From assembly GCA_964016885.1 (NCBI GenBank), contig OZ024749.1, positions 11,036,001 to 11,100,000 of the forward strand: 64,000 nucleotides of DNA. Reading direction: 5' to 3'. This document shows, piece after piece, positions 1-14,340 of the stretch. The position numbers and the translations under genes were made by a program. Numbering within the stretch: the stretch's first letter is position 1; the number at the start of each line of letters is the position of its first letter. The notes below the pieces were generated by a model that had not been told where the DNA came from, searched no databases, and saw only the letters and a list, made by a program, of their open reading frames with translations. This DNA is from Eledone cirrhosa (Eukaryota).

Positions 1-594
1 ACTGGCTGCTCATACTGATGTTAAGGTATTGTTCTTAAAATAAATAATAAAATCTCAAAGCTTCAATATTATGTGAGGTAATTATGTGAGGTAAAGACTT
101 TATCGTGAAAATACAATAGTAAATATAGAGTAATGTAAATTCTAAAGGGTTAAAATTTCTTTCTGTAGGCTATAAGGATTTCTGATTTAGGCACAAGGCC
201 AGCAATTTTGGGGGGGAGAGAAAAGTTGATTAAATCGACTGCAGTGCATGACTGGTACTTTATTTTATCAACCCCGTAAGGATGAAAGGCAAAGCTAACC
301 TCTGCAGGATTTGAATTATAGGGCTGTAACTCTATGCTCCAAAGGGTGTTGTCTGACGCTCTCACAAACTGGTTTAAAATTATTTTCCTTTTATCTTTTC
401 TGTAAAAATAGCTTTTAAAAAAATATCGGGCTTCAAAATTGCCATTTGAAATTCCTTCAATGGCCATAACTGTGTTTTACTATTGTATGTCGACATGTTC
501 ACTGACAAAGCAGCTGGGAGATACAACAAAGAAATTCAGACAAAATCTAACTAGATATCTATATCAAAGACTCCTAGGTTGCATAACATACATA

Positions 595-632
<38 letters not shown>

Positions 633-662
633 CTAAGACTTGTAGCTTGCATAATACACATA

Positions 663-744
<82 letters not shown>

Positions 745-837
745 GAATTAGAATTTAGCTTCGAACATAGCTGTATACAGATATGTATTTGAATTTCTTG
801 TTTATTAAAAAAATATGGTATGTTTATAAATAAACAT

Positions 838-1215
838 TTAGAGGCACATGGCCTAGTGGTTAGAGCATTGGCTTTGCAATCGAAAGGTTGTGAGTTCAAT
901 TCTCAGACCGGGTGATGTGTTGTTTCCTTGAGCAAGACACTTTATTTCACATTGCTCCAGTTTACTCAGCTGTAGAAATGAGATGATAGGACTGGGGTCC
1001 CTATCATTCTACTGCAAAGTGGTCGTGGAGGTGCCATGGCAAAAAAGCACCCAGCACTCACTGTAAATGAAGTTGGTGTTAGGAAGGGCATCCAGCTGTA
1101 GAAATCAAGCTAGAATCAGTTCCCGTATGAGCAAGACAAGGTCAGCCGACCGGACACTGGTCCCACCCTTGCAAGCAGGGAAAAGCGGACGTAAAATGAT
1201 GATGATGGTGATGAA
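838..1215 (+). mobile_element. tRNA-derived CORE-like SINE with RTE-derived 3' end (representative)
   Basis: tggcctagtggttagag..gagttcaattc head, ccttgagcaagacactt core, tail ggttggtgttaggaagggcatccagctg..ggacgtaaaatgatgat shared with RTE 3' UTRs. Copies at 7862-8200(-) and 34415-34745; related heads at 16775-16995, 25110-25448(-) and 28100-28358(-). Confidence 0.85.
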
Positions 1216-1819
1216 AGCCATAGCTATGAAAAACACTGGCAGAAGCAAGGAGTACAATTGTCGATACACCAACGATTGTCCCCCTTGCTTCTGCCAGACA
1301 CTGCTGTGTGGTGTTAGCTGCCAATGATTTTCATAGCTTTGGCTTTCTAAATGTTTATTTATAAACATATCGTATTTCTTTAGAAATACAAAATTCAAAT
1401 AAATATATATATATATATATCAAAAACCTCTAGCTTGCATAACACACATAATACCAGCATTTCAAAAACTATTGAAAGGAATTCTATGTTTCATTGTAAT
1501 TTCTAAGCTCTAACATTACTAAAACAGTCCATACTTGTCTCTTTTCCTTTGAATTTATTCTATCTTCATTACAAGAAAATGTACAATGAAAAATGTGTGT
1601 GTGTGTGTTCTGGTTGTATTTTTTCATAAATTTTCACCAATAGAGAGTTGGTTTCTAACAGAAACAAAACTCTTTCATTACAATTTAGACATTAACTAGG
1701 TAAATATGTCTGTCTGTGTGTGTATGTTTGGGTATAGATGTTATTGCATGTGTGGATCTGCGTGTTTTGTGTTGGTGTTGTTTCTGTATCTGTACATGTG
1801 TATATGCAGTTATTTCATG

Positions 1820-1935
1820 CAGAATTTCTGGAATGTTTTATATATTTTTACTGTCCATTAATGGATTGTACTTGTATTTTCCTAACTAGTCGTGTTCTTT
1901 TTGGTTCTGTGAAGCCCAGCTTCTCAAGATTTCTG
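1820..1935 (-). mobile_element. C-terminal fragment of an RLE-type (R4/NeSL-like) non-LTR element
   Basis: Minus strand, one frameshift: NLEKLGFTEPKRTRLVRKIQVQSING-VKIYKTFQKF. Confidence 0.45.
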
Positions 1936-2082
1936 GAATATTACTGGAACATTCCACCAGTACTCTTTCATATTATGTATGTATATGTCTTCCACATTGC
2001 TGAAACTTCTAATATGTTTATTGTTGGGGCTATGTATCTATGTATGTATGCATATATATATATATATATATATATATAATCA

Positions 2083-2735
2083 CAGTGGTGGTAGTTGTGG
2101 TGGTGTTAGTGTTGGGAACAGTGGTGGTGAGGGTGGTGGTGGTGTTGATGGTTGTTGGTGATGGTGGTGTTGGTGGTGGGGATGTTGATGATGTTATTGG
2201 TGTAGATGGTGTTGTTGTTAATGATGTTGCTGGTGGTGTTGGTGGTGATGATGATGTTGTTGGTGGTGGTGTTGATGTTGTTAGTGGTGATGTTGATGTA
2301 GGTGGTGGTGGTGTTGATGATGTTGTTGGTGTAGGTGGTGGTGTTGTTAGTGGTGGTAGTGATGATGTTGTTGTTGTTGGTGGTGGTGTTGATGTTTTTA
2401 GTGGTGGTGGTGATGTAGGTGTTGGTGGTGTTGATGTAGGTGTTGGTGATGTAGTTGTTGGTGTAGGTGGTAGTATTGGTGTTGGTGTAGGTGGTAGTGT
2501 TGGTGGAGGTGTTGGTGATGTAGTTGTTGGTGTAGGTGGTAGTATTGGTGTAGGTGGTAGTGTTGGTGGTCTTGATGTAGGTGTAGTGTTGGTGGTGTTG
2601 ATGTAGGTGGTAGTGTTGGTGGTCTTGATGTAGGTGTAGTGTTGGTGGTGATGTAGGTGTTGGTGGTGTTGATGTAGGTGGTGGTGATGATGTTGTTAGT
2701 GGTGGTGGTAGTGTTCGTGTTGTTGTTGGTGTTTG
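2083..2735. repeat. (GGT/GAT/GTT)n degenerate trinucleotide tract
   Basis: Direct reading. Confidence 0.9.
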
Positions 2736-4394
2736 GATAATTCAGCCATAGATATGTCAATATCTACTGTCGAGCAATAGATTGACTTTGTGCTGCCTGA
2801 TCCCCAATTGAACTCAACAACTTTACGACCATGAGCCCAGCACCCTAACCCCTAAGCCACACACTTTCATCACTTTATCTATGGCTAAATAATCCAAAAT
2901 CTTCCATAAACACTTCATGTGGAAATATGTGATTCTATTATTGCCTTAGTTACAATCAACATAATCAGATGACATTGTTAACTATCTCCCTCCTTTATTT
3001 CTATCCAGGTCTTATTAAATACTTCCTAACCCTTTTCTCATCTTTTCCCTGCCATTTTCTCGCATTATTCATGATTAGCCTTGTAACATATATTTCTTTC
3101 CACTCAAAACTCCTTTATTTTTATCTCAAACTTCATTAAACACTTTTACTTCTCTTTCTCTCCACTCCTCTCGCTTTTTTCCCCCTTCCCCCCCCCCCCT
3201 CTCCATCTCAACATACACACATATTTTCCATATAAAGCAGGAAACTGGTAAGACTTTTTGTACCTTTGTACGTTTTTGTACGTTTTGTCGTTTTCTCGAA
3301 CTATATATATATATATATATATATATGGAGATAGAAAGACATACATATGTACATACCAGCATACACACACATATATAGATAGATAGATCGATAGAGAGAG
3401 AGGAGAGATAAAATGTTCCACAGCACCCCCCTGTAAAATCAATGATATTGATAAATGTTCATTTATGAAAGTTGTACTACATTTAATAAAAATTCTGTTT
3501 ATTTTCATTTTCTAATCAAATATTTTGCTATTTATTTTGGTTTTATTTCTTTTATTTACATTAAATTTTTTTATTCAATTTTGTATTAATGTGTAATTAC
3601 CAAATGTTTAATTACAAAAATATAATCAACTGATCACTTTGTGACTGTATTTCTAATGAAATAGACTCTATTTCAATTAATTAATGAAGAATTTTGAGAG
3701 ATTTACTAAAATTATTAATTATTTCGTTATTAAGACAGTAACTTCACACATGGTTCTTACATAAGATTATGTTGAAGATTTTAATTTAAACAGGAACCAT
3801 TTAAAATTGGTGATTTTGTTTCATAGAACTAGAGGGTGAGTGTTTAACATATTTGATCTCAAAATTGTATTGGAATTCAGTGTTTCAGGTCTTAATATCT
3901 CAGACATGTCCAACACTTATCGTGTTTAATCATGTCTAATGAATCTTGAGGCTCATATCCTCTTTAGGGCTCTGGTTTATCAACTAAAGGGTCATTGTTT
4001 ACTATTGCAGTTCTGTCATTGAAGTTTTACCCTGATTAAAAGAAGAGTCAATCATTAGATCAAACCAAGGAAACTATATTTCCATTGGTCTTTCTATTGC
4101 TAATATTATCTGTTAGTTGGAACTCCCAACAGAAGAAAGGGGTCAATCATTAGATCAAACAAGGGAAACTATATTTCCATTGGTCTTTCCATTGTTGCTA
4201 ATATCTGTTTGTCGCAACTCCTGGTAGGAAGAGGTGGGATTTGAACTCAGAACACACAGAACTGGATCACCTACCATAAAGCATCCTGTCTGAATTTTTA
4301 ATAATTCCACCAATCTATCACCCCTAGATATGGTGCTGTAGTTGTTGATCCTGAAAAGATAAAAAGTTGACCTCAATGGGATTTGAAACTCCAG

Positions 4395-4906
4395 ATCAGC
4401 CCTAACTGAGCAAGGAAAGCAACTATGAATTACTATTCGTTCCCTTACACAGCCCTAACTGAGTAAGGAAAGCAATGATGAATTACTGTTGTTTAACCCC
4501 AGGTCAGCCCTAACTGAGCAAGGAAAGCAATGATGAATTACTGTTGTTTAACCCCAGGTCAGCCCTAACTGAGTAAGGAAAGCAATGATGAATTACTGTT
4601 GTTTAACCCCAGGTCAGCCCTAACTGAGCAAGGAAAGCAATGATGAATTACTGTTGTTTAACCCCAGGTCAGCCCTAACTGAGCAAGGAAAGCAATGATG
4701 AATTACTGTTGTTTAACCCCAGGTCAGCCCTAACTGAGCAAGGAAAGCAATGATGAATTACTGTTGTTTAACCCCAGGTCAGCCCTAACTGAGTAAGGAA
4801 AGCAATGATGAATTACTGTTGTTTAACCCCAGGTCAGCCCTAACTGAGTAAGGAAAGCAATGATGAATTACTGTTGTTTAACCCCAGGTCAGCCCTAACT
4901 GAGCAG
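4395..4906. repeat. 55-bp minisatellite, about 9 copies
   Basis: Unit cagccctaactgagcaaggaaagcaatgatgaattactgttgtttaaccccaggt. Confidence 0.95.
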
Positions 4907-5446
4907 ATCTATATAGTGAAATACACTCAAATAATGACTATCAAATCTTTTTTTCTTGAACACAGTGTACCAAAAGCCATATTAGCTAATGTACACCTCT
5001 TTTAAAAAATAGTAGGGTGTGTTTTGAATGAGATTTAGCTGCTATTTCTATCAGGTCAAACAACCATTTAAATATTCTAACATTGGCTCATGGGAAAGGT
5101 GAAGTTCATATTAAAGTACATGTAACCAATCAGACCATAAAAGCGAGATTTGTTCTGATTTCCGCATCTAATTGAACAACAACAACAGCAGTATTAACAT
5201 CAACAATAACAGTATTAACATCAACAATAACAACATCAGTGTACCAAATTTACAATGTTCTAATCCATTAATCCTGTATAATATTATTAAGGGGTCAATT
5301 GTTCCACTAAAGATCTCCTCCAACTTGGAACAATAAAGGGGATGGATTTATTGGTTTGGGGGAGTTTTAAATATTTTTTTGGCAGACGTAATATGATCTA
5401 ATTTTAACTTCTTCTTGTTCCTATATTACAGTTCTTCTTTTTTCTC

Positions 5447-6590
5447 GTGTCCACAAGAGTGACAGCTACAAAACTTGGTTAGATGTGGTTCCACCACAGC
5501 TGAACACACTGCTGTCCTTGTGTACACAAGAGTGACAGCTACAAAACTTGGTTAGATGTGGTTCCACCACAGCTGAACACATTGCTGTCCTTGTGTCCAC
5601 AAGAGTGACAGCTACAAAACTTGGCTAGATGTGGTTCCACCACAGCTGAACACACTGCTGTCCTTGTGTCCACAAGAGTGACAGCTACAAAACTTGGTTA
5701 GATGTGGTTCCACCACAGCTGAACACGCTGCTGTCCTTGTGTCCACCAGAGTGTCAGCTACAAAACTTGGCTAGATGTGGTTCCACCACAACTGAACACA
5801 CTGCTGTCCACAAGAGTGACAGCTACAAAACTTGGCTAGATGTGGTTCCACCACAGCTGAACACATTGCTGTCCTTGTGGCCACAAGAGTGACAGCTACA
5901 AAACTTGGCTAGATGTGGTTCCACCACAGCTGAACACATTGCTGTCCTTGTGTCCACAAGAGTGACAGCTACAAAACTTGGCTAGATGTGGTTCCACCAC
6001 AGCTGAACACATTGCTGTCCTTGTGGCCACAAGAGTGACAGCTACAAAACTTGGCTAGATGTGGTTCCACCACAGCTGAACACATTGCTGTCCTTGTGTC
6101 CACAAGAGTGTCAGCTACAAAGCTTGGCTAGATGTGGTTCCACCACAACTGAACACACTGCTGTCCACAAGAGTGACAGCTACAAAACTTGGCTAGATGT
6201 GGTTCCACCACAGCTGAACACACTGCTGTCCTTGTGTCCACCAGAGTGTCAGCTACAAAACTTGGCTAGATGTGGTTCCACCACAACTGAACACACTGCT
6301 GTCCACAAGAGTGACAGCTACAAAACTTGGCTAGATGTGGTTCCACCACAGCTGAACACACTGCTGTCCTTGTGTCCACCAGAGTGTCAGCTACAAAACT
6401 TGGCTAGATGTGGTTCCACCACAACTGAACACACTGCTGTCCTTGTGTCCACAAGAGTGACAGCTACAAAACTTGGCTAGATGTGGTTCCACCACAGCTG
6501 AACACATTGCTGTCCTTGTGTCCACAAGAGTGACAGCTACAAAACTTGGCTAGATGTGGTTCCACCACAGCTGAACACACTGCTGTCCTT
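5447..6590. repeat. 73-bp minisatellite (with 64-bp variants), about 16 copies
   Basis: Unit ccacaagagtgacagctacaaaacttggctagatgtggttccaccacagctgaacacactgctgtccttgtgt. Confidence 0.95.
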
Positions 6591-6800
6591 TCTTATTAAA
6601 TTCTGCCAAGTTCAATGCTGTGCAGGGGTGTTCCAGCAGGGGCCATATCAAGAGGTGCTGTGCAGTCTGTGATTTGATGACACAGTCACACACAACGTGT
6701 CCATCCTTTAAGTATCCCCATTTTGCCAGATTGGCTTTTGCACGACCAAGACCAGATCTTAATTGGTTGAGGCATTTCCACACTGCAGAGTTTGTATCTG

Positions 6801-7147
6801 CTCCAGGGGTGTAGTGCCTCACTTGCCTTTAGCTCCAGGGGGCAGTGCCTCACTTGCCTTTAGCTCCAGGGGGCAGTGCCTCGCTTGCCTTTAACTCCAG
6901 GGGGAAGTGCCTTGCTTGCCTTTAGCTCCAGGGGGAAGTGCCTTGCTTGCCTTTAGCTCCAGGGGGAAGTGCCTCACTCGCCTTTAGCTCCAGGGGGCAG
7001 TGCCTCACTTGCCTTTAGCTCCAGGGGGCAGTGCCTCGCTTGCCTTTAGCTCCAGGGGGCAGTGCCTCACTCTCCTTTAGCTCCAGAGGACAGTGCCTCG
7101 CTTGCCTTTAGCTCCAGGGGTCAGTGCCTCACTCGTCTTTAGCTCCA
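6801..7147. repeat. 31-bp minisatellite, about 11 copies
   Basis: Unit gctccagggggcagtgcctcacttgccttta. Confidence 0.95.
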
Positions 7148-8248
7148 TTGTTGTTACTGATGGGAGGTTGAAGTTTTTCTTACCAGCGAGTGACTCTTTC
7201 ACTACTTATGCTTGTGACTCCAAGGGGTGTGACACTCTTTAGGAAACTTTACCTGGCTGATAAGGCTGTATTGGGGTTGACATTCGATTGGGCTGATCGA
7301 AATGTCTGTTGCCAGCTAACTCTCCACATTTTAAGCATGCACCTTGTTAACCCTTTAGCATTCACATTACTCTATATATACTATTGTATTTTCATGGTAA
7401 AGGCTTTACCACCCATAATATCGAATCTATGAGATTTTGAAAGTATTTAATTTGAGAATAATACCTTAACATCAGTATGAGTATGAGTGGCCAGTTACAG
7501 CCAGTTTCAACAGAAAGGGGTAGAGAATTCTGGCCAGTTTTGGCCAGTTTGAACATTAAAGGGTTAAGACTAACCTCTCCTTCAGAGTCAAACACAATGG
7601 AGAACAAGGCAGTTCTTGTTTTTTGGCATGCTTTGTACTTTCTGATTTTAACATTTCCCTATATATTAATTAACCCTTTAGCAATTAAACTGGCCAATTA
7701 AACTGGCCATAGCTGACCAGAATTTTCTTACTCTTTCTGTTCAAACCAGCTTTAATTGGCCACTCATACTGATGTTAAGATTTGTTCTCAAAATATATAG
7801 TATCAAAATCTCGTAGATTCAATATTATGTGAGATAAAGCCTTTACCATGAAAATACAATAGTATCATCATCATCATTTTACATCTGCTTTTCCCTGCTT
7901 GCAAGGGTGGGACGGGAACTGATTCTGGCTTGATTTCTACAGCTGGATGCCCTTCCTAACACCAACCTCATTTACAGTGAGTGCTGGGTGCTTTTTTGCC
8001 GTGGCACCTCCACGACCACTTTGCAGTGGAATGATAGGGACCCCAGTCCCTATCATCTCATTTCTACAGCTGAGTAAACTGGAGCAATGTGAAATAAAGT
8101 GTCTTGCTCAAGGAAACAACACATCACCCGGTCTGAGAATTGAACTCACAACATTTCGATTGCAAGGCCAATGCTCTAACCACTAAGCCATGAGGCTCCA
8201 CGAGTATATATAAAGTAATGTAATGGTAAAGGGTTAATCTACTAAAAT

Positions 8249-9156
8249 CATTGGCTAGCCTGGGACTGAAGCAGAAGACTTGCTCTGCCCCATGTTCCTA
8301 TTAAACTACTAGTCATTGGCTAGCCTGGGACTTGCTCTGTCCCATGTTCCTATCAAACTACTACAGTCATTGACTAGCCTGGGACTTGCTCTGCCCCATG
8401 TTCCTATTAAACTACTACAGTAATTGGCTAGCCTGGGACTTGCTCTGCCCCATGTTCCTATTAAACTACTACAGTAATTGGCGAGCCTGGGACTTGCTCT
8501 GCCCCATGTTCCTATTAAACTACTACAGTCATTGGCTAGCCTGGGACTTGCTCTGCCCCATGTTCCTATTAAACTACTACAGTCATTGGCTAGCCTGGGA
8601 CTTGCTCTGCCCCATGTTCCTATTAAACTACTAGTCATTGGCTAGCCTGGGACTTGCTCTGCCCCATGTTCCTATTAAACTACTACAGTAATTGGCTAGC
8701 CTGGGACTTGCTCTGCCCCATGTTCCTATTAAACTACTACAGTCATTGGCTAGCCTGGGACTTGCTCTGCCCCATGTTCCTATTAAACTACTAGTCATTG
8801 GCTAGCCTGGGACTTGCTCTGCCCCATGTTCCTATTAAACTACTACAGTAATTGGCTAGCCTGGGACTTGCTCTGCCCATGTTCCTATTAAACTACTACA
8901 GTCATTGGCTAGCCTAGGACTTGCTCTGCCCCATGTTCCTATTAAACTACTACAGTCATTGGCTAGCCTAGGACTTGCTCTGCCCCATGTTCCTATTAAA
9001 CTACTACAGTCATTGGCTAGCCTAGGACTTGCTCTGCCCCATGTTCCTATTAAACTACTACAGTCATTGGCTAGCCTAGGACTTGCTCTGCCCCATGTTC
9101 CTATTAAACTACTACAGTTATTGGCTAGCCTGGGACTTGCTCTGCCCCATGTTCCA
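8249..9156. repeat. 54-bp minisatellite, about 17 copies
   Basis: Unit gtcattggctagcctgggacttgctctgccccatgttcctattaaactactaca. Confidence 0.95.
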
Positions 9157-9941
9157 TGTAGTTAGAACAAATACAAAGAGAGAATCATGTGGTTCGCCAC
9201 CTAGCCATAACATGCCTGCACTCAGCATTTACTTGGTTTTCAGAAACAATGGCTGGAGAGCTGTTATTACGTAGCAAGTGGATTGTGTGTATATTTTACT
9301 GTTCACCTTTACACGTTTTGGCCCCCTGTGTTCTCAGCTCAAATCCCACTCAGGTCAACTTTACTTTTCATCCTTTCGATGTTGATAAAATAAAGTACGA
9401 CCAGTTGAAGCCAATGGATTAGTAGAAGACACATGCCCAAAGTTACACATTGCGGGCTGGGCTGTGGTGGGTTGGCAGAATCAGTAGATCGGACGCCATG
9501 TTTTGAAGCAGAGAGTTACACCCCTTTAGAGTCTGATTTCAAATCCCGCCGAGGTTAACTTCACCATTCATCCTTAGGCGGTTGATAAAATAAAGCACCA
9601 GTAATGTACTGGGGTAATTGCTGGCCTTGTGCCAAAAATAAAAACAATTATTTATAATGCTGACTAAGCTTAAGTCTAGGACCGCACACAGATAAACACC
9701 CTATCAATTTTTATTTTATTTATTTATTTTTCTGTAGTTGAGTGAAATGTTGAAGTGCCAGAGGTGACTCAAAATAGGTAAAAGCCTTACAGGCTCAAGC
9801 AGGGGCAAATATGGCCCTGACTGTTGGAAAAATTCCAAACCTGGTACCCTGTAGTTGTGAAGCAAAGTTCTTAGCCACAAACATATGCTCATGTATGCTG
9901 GCACATCGCACCAAGATGTTTTTCAACACAAAATTATTGTA

Positions 9942-10075
9942 ATTTGTGATGTAGCTAGAGGCTTGTGTGTGGTCTGTATGGTCATCTGAGATTTGTGATG
10001 TAGCTAGAGGCTTGTGTGTGGTCTGTATGGTCATCTGAGATTTGTGATGTAGCTAGAGGCTTATGTGTGATCTGT
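9942..10075. repeat. 49-bp tandem repeat, about 2.7 copies
   Basis: Unit atttgtgatgtagctagaggcttgtgtgtggtctgtatggtcatctgag. Confidence 0.9.
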
Positions 10076-10292
10076 GTTGTTTATCTTTACTTAGATGATT
10101 AATGAGACATTTAGCAATCAGCTCTAAGAAACTACACAGTATCGGTTTAAACATGGTGTTAGGATTAAAAATATACATTTAACTTACATTCAACAGATTA
10201 GCTCTGGTTTCATGATCAGATTACAGGCTGACAGCTATCAAGTGCACAATCAATAGAACAAGCTAACAAAATCTCTTCTATTTTTATGATAT

Positions 10293-10854
10293 ACTAGACC
10301 ACCCATCACCCATTGGGTCACATTCACGTTCACTTGAAAATATTTTTTAAAAATCATGTTCACTTAAAAATAATTTTTAAATAATTAAAATATACACAGA
10401 CATGTATATAATGTGAAATGAAACTAGAAGGCCCATATATATACGTGTGTGTATGTGTATGTATATATAGGTGGGTGTCTGTGTATATATATATAGGTGG
10501 GTGTCTGTGATCTATCTACACTGGTCATAGACACACACACACATGCACACAAGAGCACCACCAGCTCTCTCTCTCTTCCATTGTCCTTCTCTGTCTCCTC
10601 TCCCTCTCTCTATGTCTCTCTTTCAATCTACTCTCTCACAACCACTATCTCTTCCTCTTTATCTTTCTCTTTGTTTATGAAGGTACTCGGAAAAAACCCC
10701 ATATCTTGGCAATCCGTGGTCTGATTTACGCGAAACTTGTTTTATTCCATTTGTATCCCCATTTCAGGGGCAACTTCCTTTCAGAGTATTTTCCCATTAT
10801 GCGCCCTTTTGGCTGTCTTACATTACAGACAAGCAAGCAATAACAGACATTTAG

Positions 10855-10870
<16 letters not shown>
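10293..10870 (-). mobile_element. Second Helitron-like element (tentative)
   Basis: actag terminus with adjacent imperfect hairpin; other end acagac..ttttatatatata, same layout as 57740-58146. Confidence 0.4.
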
Positions 10871-10885
<15 letters not shown>

Positions 10886-10886
<1 letters not shown>

Positions 10887-13800
10887 TATCATCATCATCA
10901 TTTTACGTCCGCTTTTCCTTGCTTGCAAGGGTTGGATGGGCCCTATTCAACACAGCATCTCTCCATTCGTCACTTCCACTGCATCTTCCTTCCACTGGGA
11001 TTTCTTGGCACTTCTTTACCCAGCGATCATCCTCCATGCGCATCACATGTCCATCCCATCTCAGCCTTCTCTCCTGCACACCACACCTTATCCCTCTTAT
11101 ACCCAGCTTCTGTCTCAACTCCTCTATGCTTGGTCGTTCACGCACATTGACATTGCACATCCAACGGAGCATACTTGCTTCATTTCTCTCCAGCCATCAC
11201 ATATCCTCTGCAGTTGCTGCCCATGTCTCACTACCATGCAGCATTGCGCATCTCACACAGGCATCATATAACTGTCCTTTCGTATGCAGGGAGAAACCCT
11301 TCTTTGTCAACAGAGAAAGCAGCTCCCTAAACTTCTTCCAACCCGTCCTTATTCTAGATACTATGGCCTCGGAAACCCCCCCCCTCCCATGCTAATCTGA
11401 TCACCTAGGTACCGGAAGCTATCAACCACTTCTATAGAACCCACCTGCATTGAAAAATTGTGTCTATCACATCGATGACTCCTGCCAACTTTCCCTGTAC
11501 ATCTACTGCATACTTAGTGTTACCTACCTGTTAGTTTTCCTGCTATCGCACTACATCTCTTGTGTACCCAAGATCTGCATTGCGTACATTTTATAGAATT
11601 TATGGCAGTTCCTTTCCTACATATCGAACATGGCCATTTCTCTGATGGAATCAGAGTATTGTCCTCTCTTCTACTTATCAACACTTTTGTCTTCGCTATG
11701 TTCACTTTCAGACCTCTTGATTGCAACTGCTGTTTCCATAGCTAGAATTTATTCTCGAGCTCCTTTACTGATTCTGCTATAAGAACCAGATCATCAGCAT
11801 AGAGAAGTTCCCAAGGGCATCCAGTCTTAAACTCCTCTGTTATGGCTTGGAGGACTATAATGAACAAGAGTGGGATGAGGACCGAACCCTGATGTACACC
11901 TACTTGTATCTGGAATTCCTCACTAAACTCCATTCCTACTCTCACTTTACTAACAGCACCCCTGTACATAGCTTGCACTGTCCTCACAAGCCATTCCTCT
12001 ACACCTAGTTTCCTTAGAGACCACCAGATGACAGATCGGGGTACCCTATCAAAGGCCTTCTCTAGGTCAACAAAAGCTAAGTATAGTGGCTTATTCTTCT
12101 CTAAGAACTTCACTTGTAGTTGCCTCACTAAGAAGAGGGCATCTGTTGTACTTTTCCAGGGCACAAAATCAAACTGCATCTCATCTAATTTGACCCTTTC
12201 TCTAATCAGTTGTGCTAATATCCTTTCTGCCACTTTCATAACCTGATCCATCAGCTTTATGCCACTACAAATGCTCCTCTCTAGAGCATCCCCTTTACCT
12301 TTGTAGCAATTTATGAGAATACTGCTGCACCAGTCTTTGGGTATGACACCACCATATATAACCTGATTGATGATGTGTGCAACCAGTTTAGTTCCTACTT
12401 CTCCTGTTGCCTTCAGCATCTCAGCAACTTTCCCCGACGGTCCAGCAGCCTTGCCATTTTTCATTTCCTTAATTGCCTCTTGTACCCTATATTCGTCAAT
12501 CTCAATAGCTGGTCCCTCTGTTGGGTCTACTGGGGGTAATTTCTCTCTCTCCCATTCGTTCTCTACATTCATCAGTTTCTCATAGTGACATTTCCAGGCC
12601 TCCTTTTTTTGATCATTCATGACACTAAGTACACCAGCATCATTCCGGACACACTTATCTCCAACAACATCCTGATTTTCACTGACACACTGCCTTGTAA
12701 TGAGGAACACCACACGTCTCTGAAGTTCCCGTCGCAGAACATTGGCAAACCTCCTACTCTCAGCCTCCCTGCATGCTAAGTACACCTTACGTCTAGCTTC
12801 TTTCTTAGCGGCTGTGTATCCTTCCCTACTCCCACCATTTTTCCAAGCCTTCCATGCCAGTCTTTTGTCTCTAATGGCCCTATCTACCGTGCTGTTCCAC
12901 CACCAGGTCACTCTCTGTCTGGCTGAAGCTCTGACCTAACCACAAATTTCTTCAGTAGCCTGCAGTAAGTTGTCATGTAAGAAATTCCAGTTATCATCTA
13001 TGTCATACAACTCTATATCGTTTTCTTTTTTTTTTTCATCATACATGTCTTGAAGGGCTTTACTAAATTTATATTTTAATGAAAGGTCTTTCTTTTCCAC
13101 ACCTTCCTGTATGTCTCATTCCATCTCTTGCTTACTGAGATGTCACTAACAACTAACCTATGCTGTGGGGTACATTCTTCCCCAGGGTATGCCTTAGTAT
13201 TTGACACCGCCTGTCTGTCTCGCTGTCTAACTAGTAAGAAGTCAATCTGGCTTATGTGCTCGCCCGATTTGTAGGTTATTAGGTGGTTGGTAGGCTTCTG
13301 GAAGTTAGTGTTGCAAATGGTTAGTGACCTTGCATCACAAAATTCAAGAAGCCTCACTCCTTCTTCATTTCTTGAGCCGTAACCGTGCCCACCATGTACC
13401 CCATATATCCATCCTGGAGCTGTCCAACATGTCCATTGATGTCCCCTGCTAGCAAAACGATGTCTCTGTCCTCTGTCATTGAGGCTGTTTGTAAAAGTTT
13501 CTCATAAAAGCAATCTTTCTCTACTTTACCTGGGCCTGCCTGGGGAGCATAGGCAGTAGTCTCTTGCCTACAACTAGGGACTGTCAGTAGTCTCTTGCCT
13601 ACAACTAATCTAAGCTTAATTATTCTATCACTAACTCTAACTACCTCTATTGTCTTATTGATCCATCTCTCAGCCAGAAATATGCCCACCCCATCTAACC
13701 CATCATCATTACCCACTCAGAAAAGCTTATAACTACGATGTTTGCCTGCGATTAGTCTTGCAGAGGCACCTCTCCATCTCACCTCTTCCACACAGCACAC

Positions 13801-14340
13801 ATCCACATGCCTTCTCTCCAGCATCTCCGCTATCTCACCAGATCTACCTGTTAGTGTGGCAACTCTGAGATGCGACGTCTCATTCTTTTTCCTGTTGTGC
13901 GATTGCTTGATGATGGTCGTGGGGTTCTCACACATGACCTCACTAGCCACCCCACTACTGTGCGCAGCCCTAACATGGTTAGTGTTATTGCTATTTACGC
14001 AGTTGTTGCAAATTTTATTTGTTGCGTTCATCGTGTTTGGCAGTAGTATATATACTGGTTGGATGCCCTTCTTAACACCAGCACCACTTTACAGCATGGA
14101 CTGGGTGCTTTTATTCGTGCCACCAGCACTAGAGAGGTCGTCTTACTGGACTCAGGGGCCCTATCCACCCCTCCATTTTACAGCATGGACTGGGTGCTTT
14201 TATTCGTGCCACCAGCACTAGGGAAGTTGTCTTACTGGACTTAGGGGACTTCTCTACCCTGCACCAATTTATTCGGAATGGTAGCTCTCCTAGACAGGTT
14301 GCCTACACTACGGCTTACGGAGCCTCCGTCCACCCCTTGT
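10886..14340 (-). mobile_element. Near full-length degenerate RTE-clade LINE (APE + RT)
   Basis: ORF pieces with APE motifs (CCVEEVRW, AYAPQ, GDINGHVG, SQIDF, HRLV), RT motifs (FVDLEKAFDRV, GVHQGS, LLYADD) and C-terminal RLRWDGHVMR; (ATG)n tail. Confidence 0.92.

Larger units (their letters stand above)
5431..7340 (-). mobile_element. Vingi/Ingi-like LINE 3' fragment interrupted by two internal minisatellites
   Basis: WKCLNQLRSGLGRAKANLAKWGY...CDC...QTAQHLL..P C-terminal zinc-finger region, upstream LSAR*SFLKSVTPL..RVTRW, and 3' end ggacacgag-(A/GAA)n. Confidence 0.7.

Noticed and set aside
838-915. tRNA-like sequences (also 16775-16850, 15512-15600)
   Set aside because: These are SINE heads with A/B boxes running into SINE cores; no complete cloverleaf.
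3813-3845. Exon-like catag|aactagagg|gtgagt
   Set aside because: It lies inside a minus-strand MITE family 2 copy; likely a chance splice motif.
4395-9156. Regular repeat arrays that could be mistaken for CRISPR
   Set aside because: Units are contiguous with no unique spacers, there are no cas genes, and the context is eukaryotic.
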